Of a DNA stretch of 64,000 nucleotides, positions 1-8,374 are shown one piece after another (the stretch's first letter is position 1; the number at the start of each line of letters is the position of its first letter). The translations under genes were made by a program, and so were the position numbers. Location: NCBI GenBank assembly GCA_050633305.1, contig JBOEGF010000014.1, positions 192,001-256,000 of the forward strand, read 5' to 3'. A model generated the notes under the pieces. It ran no database searches. It was given only the letters and a program-made list of their open reading frames with translations, and was not told where the DNA came from. This DNA is from Nannocystales bacterium (lineage in GTDB: Bacteria > Myxococcota_A > Polyangia > Nannocystales > Nannocystaceae).

Positions 1-92
1 GGGGACTCTAGCAGCGTCGTCCGGCAATCCCCCATTTCTGGGAATGAGCGGCTCGATGGCTGGGTTTGGGGCTGGTACACCTCGGGCCCCCG

Positions 93-941
93 ATGACCGA
101 TGACCGAATCCCCGATGAGCTCGCGAGTGCTGCTCTCGAGCGCGCCGCACAGCTCCAACTCGACGCCGCCGAACGGGTCGAGCGTTCAGGGACCGCGATC
201 TCTCGTCGGCAGGGATACGCTCGCGACGAGCTGCTCGATGCCGCTGCCGAGGCGGGAATCGAACCTCGATTTCTCGAACTCGCGCTGAGAGAGCAATCGC
301 TCGCCAAGGGGGAGCGCTCGTCGGACTCCGATGTCGCACTTCTTCGCTGGCTGGGGACGCGTCAGCGAAGCCTCTGTGTGTCGCGTGTCTTCGATGCCGA
401 CCTCGAAACCATGGTGGCTGCGTGCTGCCGGGTCCTGGAGTCCGATAAGGTTGGCCTGCAGCTCCGCGGGGAAACGGAACGCATGGAGCGTGGGCGCGGA
501 GTGGTGCTCGAGTTCCACATGCCACGGCTGAACGAGCTTGCGGCGTTGATCGGGGCCCAATCGCAACTCGCCTATCGACTGGAACAACTCGAAATGTGGA
601 CGCTGCATGTCAGCTTTCGTCCGTTGGGAGAGCGTACGGAGGTCTCGATCGCTGGCGATCTTCGGCCCGGCGCGCGTGCCAACCTCAAGGTCGCGCGGAT
701 CGGTGGCGTGCTTGGCGGAGGTGTGGGTGGGGCCGGAGGGGTTGCAGTGGGTCTTGGCCTGGGACTCTCGGCCGCGGCCGCGCTCCCAGCAGTGGCTCTG
801 GCGACCGTCGGGACGGGCTTGATGGGCCTCGCTTATCGAGCCTTGTACCGCCGCGTGCTTGTGAAAACGGAGGCCGAGTTCGAGGATGTCCTCGCCGCTG
901 TTTCCGGAGACCTCTCTCGCAGGGCGATTCTGGGCGAGTAG
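93..941 (+). CDS. hypothetical membrane protein
   Basis: Long ORF with a C-terminal Gly-rich hydrophobic hairpin (GGVLGGGVGGAGG...LALATVG). ATG at 93 preferred over TTG at 66. Confidence 0.75.
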   Translation: MTDDRIPDELASAALERAAQLQLDAAERVERSGTAISRRQGYARDELLDAAAEAGIEPRFLELALREQSLAKGERSSDSDVALLRWLGTRQRSLCVSRVFDADLETMVAACCRVLESDKVGLQLRGETERMERGRGVVLEFHMPRLNELAALIGAQSQLAYRLEQLEMWTLHVSFRPLGERTEVSIAGDLRPGARANLKVARIGGVLGGGVGGAGGVAVGLGLGLSAAAALPAVALATVGTGLMGLAYRALYRRVLVKTEAEFEDVLAAVSGDLSRRAILGE

Positions 942-962
942 AAGCCTACTGTCGTGCTCGGG

Positions 963-1709
963 TTAGCCCGGAGGCGGACCCGCGGGGCGAGCTCCTTGGC
1001 CGCCTTCGCCACCGCGACCGCCTCTGCCGCCTCGCCGGCCTCGTCCCGGAGGTCCGGGGCGAACTTCCTTGTACTGCTCGAACTGCTCGGCGGTGAGCAT
1101 CTCCTCCACGCTGGCATCGGTCGCTTTACGGAGTTTGTCGGCCTCCTCGCGAACCTCGGTGAAGGGTCGATCGCCCTCGCGCGCTGCCACGAACAGTGGG
1201 ACGAGTTGCTCCGACTCGGTCTCCCATAGGGCGTCGATCGACTCCCGTTGGGTTGACTGGAGACCTGCGACGGCGACGAGTTCGTCCAGGATCTCGGTAT
1301 GGCGGGCGGTGAAGCGGTCACGAAGGGCGTCCGTGCGGCGCTCTCGGGCCTCCTCGCGCTCGGTCTCGATGATGTCTCGAACGACGCCCTCAAAAACGGG
1401 CTCGTCGGCGTCAGGGGAGGAGTCTGAGCCGAGGGTCGCGCCCCGAGCCGCCACCGAGCCTCGTGCCATACGCAGCTGCTTCATGTCGCGACGAAGCTGC
1501 GCGACCTCCCCCTCGAGTTCCGCGACGCGAGACTCCAGCCCGGCATTTCCGGGCTGGGGGCGTTTTCCTGGTCGCCGACCCGACCGCTTTCGTGCGGGCG
1601 GCTGCTCCTCCTGCGCCGCTTCGTCGGGTCCGTCGTCGGCGAGCAGCCACGTCCCCAGACCCAATGCGAACACAGCAGATGCAATGGCGATCAAGGCTCC
1701 CCGCGACAT
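963..1709 (-). CDS. membrane-anchored coiled-coil hypothetical protein
   Basis: N-terminal TM helix, coiled coil (LESRVAELEGEVAQLRRD), helical C-domain ending LTAEQFEQY, and an RGG-rich tail. Confidence 0.75.
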   Translation of the reverse strand: MSRGALIAIASAVFALGLGTWLLADDGPDEAAQEEQPPARKRSGRRPGKRPQPGNAGLESRVAELEGEVAQLRRDMKQLRMARGSVAARGATLGSDSSPDADEPVFEGVVRDIIETEREEARERRTDALRDRFTARHTEILDELVAVAGLQSTQRESIDALWETESEQLVPLFVAAREGDRPFTEVREEADKLRKATDASVEEMLTAEQFEQYKEVRPGPPGRGRRGGRGGRGGEGGQGARPAGPPPG

Positions 1710-1869
1710 GTGCGTTGTTCTCTCATCGGGTCCGAGCCCGGGTTGTATCCGCGCCGTAAACGCACCGAAAACGAAGCGGTCCGGGAGGCGGACGGAGTTT
1801 TTCTTTCCCGGACCCTCAAGGGGCCGGGGTGTCCGCCGATGACTCTCTCAGCTGCCCAATCGTTCGACC

Positions 1870-2700
1870 GTGGGGGTCGAAACACAACCGGTGGCCCCGG
1901 AGCGAACAATGGAACACCTGCCCGTCTCACCATCCACGTCCCAACCGTCATGGCGCCCGAACCTCTCGGCGTCGCCTGGCCAGCACTCGCCACAGGCGAG
2001 TGGAGCGGAGCGGCGGATTCACGAGCGGGTCGCGGTGGCGCTGCCCACGACGGTCTCGGGCAACGGACAGACGCAGTCCGTTGCGACCCATGACGTGAGT
2101 CTGGGTGGCGCCTGCATCTCGGTCGACATTCCACTCGAGGTGGGATCAATGGTGGACGTCGACGTTTCGCTGCCCGACGAGACCGCGCCAGCCCGTGTGA
2201 AGGGCGAGGTGCGCTGGTCCCGGAAAGGCCGCGCAGGGATCATTTTTCGCTCCGGGGCAACGGCCGCGATCGCGGCGTTTGTGGGCAGCATGCTGATGTC
2301 GCCAGAGGCGATGGCCGCCAAGACGTCGGTGCCCACCTTCGACGCCAACGCCGATGTGGTGATGGACATGAAGGCCGGGGGCGAGCGGCCGGATGAGTTC
2401 CAGCTCACCTCTGTCTTCGAGCAGCAGTACTCGAGCTTCGACGAGTGTGTCGCGGACGCGAAGAAGAATCCCAACAAGACGCTGCCCGGCGACGTCGATG
2501 TTGAGATTCTGCTCAACCCCAAGGGACACGAGCCGCTTGGAATCAACGCGACGCTCCCTGATTCTGTGGACAAACGGTCGCTGCGTGAGTGCCTGCGAGG
2601 TGCAGTCGCAGCAGCGGATTACCCGTCCTACGACGGCCCTCCAGTGGTCGTGTCGTTCAGCTTCGAGCTGGACCCTGGGACCTACTGGGAGGAGGAGTGA
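1870..2700 (+). CDS. PilZ domain protein with internal hydrophobic segment and C-terminal TonB-C/AgmX-like domain
   Basis: RRIHER and DVSLGG are PilZ c-di-GMP motifs. The C-domain has a Cys pair and ends VVVSFSFEL. Start uncertain (1870 GTG or 1909 ATG). Confidence 0.75.
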   Translation: MGVETQPVAPERTMEHLPVSPSTSQPSWRPNLSASPGQHSPQASGAERRIHERVAVALPTTVSGNGQTQSVATHDVSLGGACISVDIPLEVGSMVDVDVSLPDETAPARVKGEVRWSRKGRAGIIFRSGATAAIAAFVGSMLMSPEAMAAKTSVPTFDANADVVMDMKAGGERPDEFQLTSVFEQQYSSFDECVADAKKNPNKTLPGDVDVEILLNPKGHEPLGINATLPDSVDKRSLRECLRGAVAAADYPSYDGPPVVVSFSFELDPGTYWEEE

Positions 2701-2727
2701 TCACGAAACAAGGATAGGGAGGGGTCC

Positions 2728-3834
2728 CTAGGGCGGAAAGCAAACATGCCCCAGGATGGACGGAGCGCTCGCGCCCGTCACCTGGGGCACGCTCGATGGG
2801 AGCTTGGCCAGTGTACGAGCTGCGATGAGGGCCATCCCCGCGGGCTCGTGGTGCATGGGGGCCAGAACGCCGTCGGTCGCAACATGAACGTCGAGGTCGG
2901 GACCTCGAGCACACACGTATTGACGGAGCTTGGGGTGCAACGCGCCGCCACCGGTCAGTACGACAGATTTAACGTCCGGCGCATCTTGCTGGGCGGCACG
3001 GACAATGGCCGCCGCGGTCGCGTCTACGCTGGAGGCCAACAAGTCTGGGCCGGTCAGGTGCGCGAACCGATCGAGAATCGACTCGACGTAGGCATGGCCA
3101 AAGTCCTCTCGACCGGTGCTTCGTGGCAGCGGTCGGTCGAAGAACCCATGGGCGAGCACCGTGTCGACGAACTCGGCGTGCGGGGTTCCGCCTTCGCTCA
3201 GCGTGCCGTCGTGGTCGAAGCTCAGGTTGCCGGCCGAGACGTGCCGCGCCAGCGCGTCCGTGATCATCATCCCGGGTCCAAGGTCTGAGGCTCGCACGTC
3301 CTCAACCGCCGGCGTCACGCGGGTGTAGTTCGCGATGCCTCCGATGTTGACCACCAGGCGCGTCGGCGAGCCCTCGGGGCAGAAGAACCAGTGTGCAAAC
3401 GGGATGATCGGAGCCCCCTCGCCGCCGCGGGCGAGGTCGGCACATCGCAGATCGCCGACCACCGGGAGCGCGAGATCTGCGGCCAGGACTGCACTACTCC
3501 CGATCTGCAGCGTGCACGCAACCGCAGGCCCTTGGGAGGGCGGCGCGTGCCAGATCGTCTGGCCATGCATGCCGACAACATCTGCGGAATCCCAGTCCGG
3601 CAGGCGCTTGACCGCTTCGGCGTAGTGGCGGGGCAGGATGAAGTGAAGCTCTGCCACCCGCGCGACGGTGAGGCTGGTCGGGTCGGTCAGCTCTGCCCGC
3701 AGTTCGTCGTCGAACGCGACGTGGGCATGCCCGAGGACCTCCGGCTCGTGCCGAGTCTGGAGGTCGCCGAGTTCGAGCAACACTGCATCGACACCGTCAC
3801 CCGAGGTGCCGCTCATCAAGCCGATCGCCTTCAT
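2728..3834 (-). CDS. anmK: anhydro-N-acetylmuramic acid kinase
   Basis: IGLMSGTSGDGVD, HGQTIWH, GGEGAP, VNIGGIAN, STGREDF and LTGGG motifs. Confidence 0.93.
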   Translation of the reverse strand: MKAIGLMSGTSGDGVDAVLLELGDLQTRHEPEVLGHAHVAFDDELRAELTDPTSLTVARVAELHFILPRHYAEAVKRLPDWDSADVVGMHGQTIWHAPPSQGPAVACTLQIGSSAVLAADLALPVVGDLRCADLARGGEGAPIIPFAHWFFCPEGSPTRLVVNIGGIANYTRVTPAVEDVRASDLGPGMMITDALARHVSAGNLSFDHDGTLSEGGTPHAEFVDTVLAHGFFDRPLPRSTGREDFGHAYVESILDRFAHLTGPDLLASSVDATAAAIVRAAQQDAPDVKSVVLTGGGALHPKLRQYVCARGPDLDVHVATDGVLAPMHHEPAGMALIAARTLAKLPSSVPQVTGASAPSILGHVCFPP

Positions 3835-4307
3835 CGTGCGCCTCCCATGCGAAGGTCGAGTTCCTCGATTGCGCGCGCTCCTCCGGCCGCGTCGAGCACG
3901 ACGGCTGCAGCCTCGAGCGCGATGGGGTGCGCATCCGCGACCGCGACGCCGTACCCGACGGCCTCGAACACATCCGCATCATCCGGACCGTCTCCGATGT
4001 GGCAGACCCGCTCAGGCGTGACGCCGAACGCATCACAGATCTCCTCGAGCGAAGCGATCTTGTCGGAGGTGCCGACCCAGCGCGTATCCATCCCGAGGCC
4101 TTCCATGCGAACGCGGGCGGCCAGGGTCTTGTTGCGGGACAGCGGAACGGTCGGGATCCGCCTCTTGATCCGCAACAGCGCCTCACCGTCCCGAACGCTG
4201 TAGCGTTGGAGCCAGCCCAGCTCGGGGCCGCCCCACCACGTGGTGGCGTCGGTCAGAGTTCCGTCGATGTCGAACGCGAGGAGAGCGGCCTGGGCGAGGT
4301 CGGGCAT
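3831..4307 (-). CDS. KdsC-family (C0 HAD) sugar-phosphate phosphatase
   Basis: DIDGTLTD, SVRDG, IGDGPDD, AVADAHP and GGARAIEE motifs. Overlaps the anmK start by 4 bp. Confidence 0.85.
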   Translation of the reverse strand: MPDLAQAALLAFDIDGTLTDATTWWGGPELGWLQRYSVRDGEALLRIKRRIPTVPLSRNKTLAARVRMEGLGMDTRWVGTSDKIASLEEICDAFGVTPERVCHIGDGPDDADVFEAVGYGVAVADAHPIALEAAAVVLDAAGGARAIEELDLRMGGAR

Positions 4308-4352
4308 GCTTCCGGCGCACCGTAGCAGGGGCCGCCACAACCCCCCAATTCG

Positions 4353-4604
4353 TCACACGAGGCTGTGTACGTGGCGCCGCGTCCCGAGCATGTGGTCGGC
4401 GATTCGGCCTGCGAGCTCTCGACCCGCGCGGGTGAGGACGACCCGCTGTCCGACGACGGAGGCCATGCCCGACTCCAGGAGCTGTTCGAATGCGAGCTCC
4501 CGATCGGGTGCATGGAGGCGGACGGTCCCATCACCGTCCATTTCGCTCGCCAGCAGCTCGACGAGCAGTCGTCTCTGCATGCTGTCGGGCGCCACAACCT
4601 CCAT
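4353..4604 (-). CDS. small hypothetical protein (possible winged-helix, LTRAGR motif)
   Basis: 83-aa ORF filling the gap, co-oriented with neighbours. Confidence 0.5.
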   Translation of the reverse strand: MEVVAPDSMQRRLLVELLASEMDGDGTVRLHAPDRELAFEQLLESGMASVVGQRVVLTRAGRELAGRIADHMLGTRRHVHSLV

Positions 4605-4743
4605 CCACTACGTTCGACACTTCGACTTCCGAAATTTCCAGCGGGTCGAAGATCAACGGGTCACTTTGCTCACACACGAGGCCCCGATGGGCGAGGGGGA
4701 CCTACGGTGTGGGACCTGTCCGTGGGTCTGAGCGGGGTCTCAG

Positions 4744-5331
4744 TCAGTCGGACGATCGATCCAACGCGCGGGGAAGGGGCGGGACGTCGATGCCACTCTC
4801 GCGAGAGAGCACGTAGCCGCCAACGAGCAGGGAGCCTGCCGAGGTGATCAGATTCGAAAGGGCGAGCGCTACGCCGGTCCAGTTCCGCCATGCCAGGGTC
4901 ACGGTGAGAAGGTCGGTGAGCGCCTCGACGCACATCACGCCGCCAAACAACGCCACGACTCCGGCCATCAACCGCCGGATGCGCGGGAACTGCCCAACGT
5001 TGGTGCGAGGGAACAGCACCCACCCCGCGACCCCGACAACCGCGACCCCGACGAGAAGGTCGGGTGTGAGGGCTTTGAGCCGTCCGCCGAATCTCTCGAA
5101 TGTCAGCAGAAGGTGGAGAAGCGCTCGCATGCCCCGGCCGAAGTGAAACGCGCCGACGAGCAGGAGCGTGCCGACCACTGCCTTCGCCCCGATCTGCGAG
5201 TCGCGAGATTCGGGTTGTTGTGAGCGGGCGGCGTCCCACGTGAGACGCCCGTACAACAGCCCCGCGACTGGAGGGGCGAGGAGCAGGGGCCCGACCTCTA
5301 GCTGGGTCGCAAGCTCAGCGAGACTGGCCAT
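4744..5331 (-). CDS. hypothetical integral membrane protein
   Basis: About five hydrophobic segments. TATGAT lies 6 nt upstream of the ATG. Confidence 0.75.
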   Translation of the reverse strand: MASLAELATQLEVGPLLLAPPVAGLLYGRLTWDAARSQQPESRDSQIGAKAVVGTLLLVGAFHFGRGMRALLHLLLTFERFGGRLKALTPDLLVGVAVVGVAGWVLFPRTNVGQFPRIRRLMAGVVALFGGVMCVEALTDLLTVTLAWRNWTGVALALSNLITSAGSLLVGGYVLSRESGIDVPPLPRALDRSSD

Positions 5332-5449
5332 CGCGCGATCATAGACCGCTGCACCAAGGCCGTCTCCGTCCTTCGTTCGTTTCGCGTCGGTGCCGTTGGT
5401 TGGGGAAGACCGCCGCCCCTACGGCACCGCGTCAGGAAGGACTGCTGCG

Positions 5450-6139
5450 CTAGCGCTTCGCCTTCTTGGCGGCCTTCTTGGCGACTTTTTTCTTGGCGGC
5501 CTTTTTCTTGGTCACCTTTTTCTTAGCGGCCTTCTTAGCGACCTTTTTCTTGGCGGCCTTTTTCTTGGTCACTTTTTTCTTGGCGGCCTTCTTGGCGACC
5601 TTTTTCTTGGTGGCCTTCTTGGCGACCTTTTTCTTGGTGGCCTTCTTGGTCACCTTTTTCTTGGCGACTTTTTTCTTAGCGGCCTTCTTGGCGACTTTTT
5701 TCTTGGCGGCCTTCTTGGTCACTTTTTTCTTGGCGACTTTTTTCTCGGCGGCTTCCTTCTCGGCGGCCTCCTTCTTGGCGTTTGCGTCGTCTTCCCAGAT
5801 CCCCAGCGGTGCGCCACCAGGATCGGTGACAATGGCGAACGCGCCCATTCCGGGGAGCTCGGTGAAGTCGACGACGACGGTCGCGCCACGTTGGGTCGCC
5901 TCAGCCACGGCGTCCTTGACCGAGTCCACGGTCACGTACCCGATCCAGGTATCGGAGGCGCTCTTGTCCTGCGTTTGAACGATGCCGCCGATCGGCTCCC
6001 CCTTCGCGTTGGCGACCATGATGTACTTGCCGCCCGGCATGGGCATCTCGTTGTATGTCCAACCGAAGACTCCGCTGTAGAAGTCTTGGGCGGCGGCGGG
6101 GTCTTGGCTATGGAGTTCGACGTGCGTGTACATGGGCAT
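5450..6139 (-). CDS. VOC/glyoxalase-family protein with histone H1-like Lys/Ala tail
   Basis: HVEL..D...AQDFYSGVFGW, WIGYVTVD and DPGGAPLGIW mark a VOC fold, followed by about 100 aa of KKVA/KKAA/KKVT repeats. Confidence 0.88.
   Translation of the reverse strand: MPMYTHVELHSQDPAAAQDFYSGVFGWTYNEMPMPGGKYIMVANAKGEPIGGIVQTQDKSASDTWIGYVTVDSVKDAVAEATQRGATVVVDFTELPGMGAFAIVTDPGGAPLGIWEDDANAKKEAAEKEAAEKKVAKKKVTKKAAKKKVAKKAAKKKVAKKKVTKKATKKKVAKKATKKKVAKKAAKKKVTKKKAAKKKVAKKAAKKKVTKKKAAKKKVAKKAAKKAKR
5453..5790 (-). repeat. imperfect 12-15 bp tandem repeat encoding the KK(K)VA/AA/VT tail
   Basis: Repeated ttcttggcggcc / ttcttggcgact(t)ttt units on the + strand. Confidence 0.85.
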
Positions 6140-6514
6140 GGAAGGTTCTTCTCAAGGTGTCCGGCGCGGAGTATCGCCGATCAGGTTGAAATCGGACACC
6201 TCGTCGGGAGGCCCATCTGCTCCGAACTCTCGAGTTCGACCCACCGCGGTGTCCTCGCTGCGATCGCATCGGTTCGTGGGTCGCGGCGGCTCGCCCTCGG
6301 GCTCGATGGCGTCGCGAAACCCTTCAGCACCTCAGTCCAGCTGCGCCTCCGTCTCTCCCCCTCGGGCCGTGCGCTCTAGGGTCGCGGAGGGAGATGACGG
6401 CGGACCGGCCAGCGAGCCCGCGTCGTCGTCCCAGTCCAACAAAGGAAGGACGACGCGGGGTCTGGGGGCGATTCTCCGCATCGGCGAGGGGATCGACATC
6501 CCCAGTCGTCGCCG

Positions 6515-8374
6515 TCACGCCGACTCCGACCGTGCGTCGCGAACTGCGGCGTCGACCGAGCCCGCGGCGTTGGCTTGAGCGTGCAGCTCTGCGTAGTGTC
6601 CTGCGGCGGCGAGCAGCTCGTCATGCGTGCCACGCTCGACGATTCGGCCACCAACGACCACCAAGATCTGGTCGGCACGCCGGATCGTCGAGAGCCGGTG
6701 GGCGATCACAAACGCGATGCGACCCTCCAGTGCCGCGTCGACGCCCGCTTGCACTTGGGCCTCCGTTTCGGTGTCGAGCGAAGACGTGGCTTCGTCCATG
6801 ATGAAGATCTGCGGGTCTGCGAGGACGGCGCGGGCGAGCGAGATGAGCTGGCGCTGCCCGGTCGAGAGCTTTCCGCCTCCCTCGCCGACCGAGGTCTCGT
6901 AGCCGTCGGCGAGCGCCTCGATCATGGAGCTTGCACCCACGCGCTTGGCGGCCGCGCGCACCTCGGCGTCGGTCGCCTCGAGTCGACCGTATCGGATGTT
7001 CTCGGCGACGGTCCCCGAGAACAGGTGTGGCGACTGCAGCACAACGCCAAGGTTGCTCTGCAACCAGTGAAGGCTTCGCTCCCGGTGGTCGACGCCGTTG
7101 AGGCGCACAGCACCGCCCCGGGGCTCATAGAACCGGGCGAGTAAGCTGACGATGGTGCTTTTGCCTCCGCCCGTGGGCCCGACCAGCGCGACGGTTTGTC
7201 CCGCGTGCACGGTGAAGTCCACGTCCTGCAGGACAGGCTCGTTGTCGACGTACGAGAAACTCACCCGGTCGAAGTGAACGCTTTCGATCTGCGGATCTCC
7301 CCCGTCCAGCGCGCGTCCGGGCTCGCTGGCCGCCCGTTGGACCGCTGCGCGAACTTCGGGGCTGTCTTGGATCTCGGGCTGGGTGTCCAGAAGCGTGGCG
7401 ATTCGCTCGGCTGCAGCTTGGGCGCTCTGCAACTCTGAGAAGCGACCGGCGAGCTCCCGAATCGGCTCGTAGAACAACCTTGCGTACTGCATGAACGCGA
7501 TGAGCGTCCCGAGCGACAGGTCATCCCCCACTCGCACCCCGCCTCGCCATAGCGCCAGGCCCACGCCGACGCTCCCGATCGCGACGACCAAGGGGAGGTA
7601 CAGCGCCGACTGCAAGGCGCGTCGCACCGAGTGCTGGTACATGGCGGCACTCTCGAGCTGGAACTCCTTCAGCGATGCGTCCTCGTGGTGAAGCGCTCGT
7701 GTCGTTCGGACGCCTGCGATCGACTCAGCATAGGCTGACGTGATGCGAGAGTTCGTCCGCCTGACCTCTCGGGATGAGGCCAGCAGCCGGCGTTGGAAGA
7801 TGACGCTGACCACGGCCATCGCGGGGACGATGCAAAGCACCCATGCTGCGAGCGTTGCATCGAGCCAGAGCATCATGGCGACGCTCATCGCGATGACGGA
7901 TCCACCCCAGACCACGTCGAGGAAGAACCACGGCATGAGGCCGGCCACCTTGGACACGTCGCCCATCAGTCGCGAGACCAGCCATCCCACCGGGCGTTGG
8001 TCGAAGAAGGAGAACGACAGCTCTTGCATTTGCGCGAACGCATCGCGACGCAGGTCGCGGCCAACACCCGTCGCGATGCGACCTGCCAGCACGATGAACC
8101 ACACGATCGCGGCGCCGATCAGGACAAACGCGGAGACGTATGCAGCCCCGTACCACCAGATCGCGTCGTTGAGTTGCCCGCCGAGCGCCTCGTCAACGAG
8201 GAGACCGGTGAGCGCAGGGATCACAGCGTCGATAGCGGCGACGAACAGTCCCGCGACCAGCATCTGCCGGACCGCGCTTCGGTACGGCTGGGCACGCGCA
8301 ACCATGCGGCGCCACAGGTTCCAGTCGAGAGAGCCGGAGTACCGGTCGTCGTCTTCGTCAAACCCTTCATTCAT
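6515..8374 (-). CDS. ABC exporter ATP-binding/permease subunit (consensus Walker B)
   Basis: TMD plus NBD: GPTGGGKST, LSTGQRQ, IMDEATSSLD, IAHRLSTI. The start MNEGF overlaps the upstream stop (ATGA). Confidence 0.92.
   Translation of the reverse strand: MNEGFDEDDDRYSGSLDWNLWRRMVARAQPYRSAVRQMLVAGLFVAAIDAVIPALTGLLVDEALGGQLNDAIWWYGAAYVSAFVLIGAAIVWFIVLAGRIATGVGRDLRRDAFAQMQELSFSFFDQRPVGWLVSRLMGDVSKVAGLMPWFFLDVVWGGSVIAMSVAMMLWLDATLAAWVLCIVPAMAVVSVIFQRRLLASSREVRRTNSRITSAYAESIAGVRTTRALHHEDASLKEFQLESAAMYQHSVRRALQSALYLPLVVAIGSVGVGLALWRGGVRVGDDLSLGTLIAFMQYARLFYEPIRELAGRFSELQSAQAAAERIATLLDTQPEIQDSPEVRAAVQRAASEPGRALDGGDPQIESVHFDRVSFSYVDNEPVLQDVDFTVHAGQTVALVGPTGGGKSTIVSLLARFYEPRGGAVRLNGVDHRERSLHWLQSNLGVVLQSPHLFSGTVAENIRYGRLEATDAEVRAAAKRVGASSMIEALADGYETSVGEGGGKLSTGQRQLISLARAVLADPQIFIMDEATSSLDTETEAQVQAGVDAALEGRIAFVIAHRLSTIRRADQILVVVGGRIVERGTHDELLAAAGHYAELHAQANAAGSVDAAVRDARSESA

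Noticed and set aside
5390..6379. Plus-strand Leu/Phe/Gly repeat ORFs (329 aa and 170 aa)
   Set aside because: Mirror translations of the Lys/Ala tail repeat on the minus strand.
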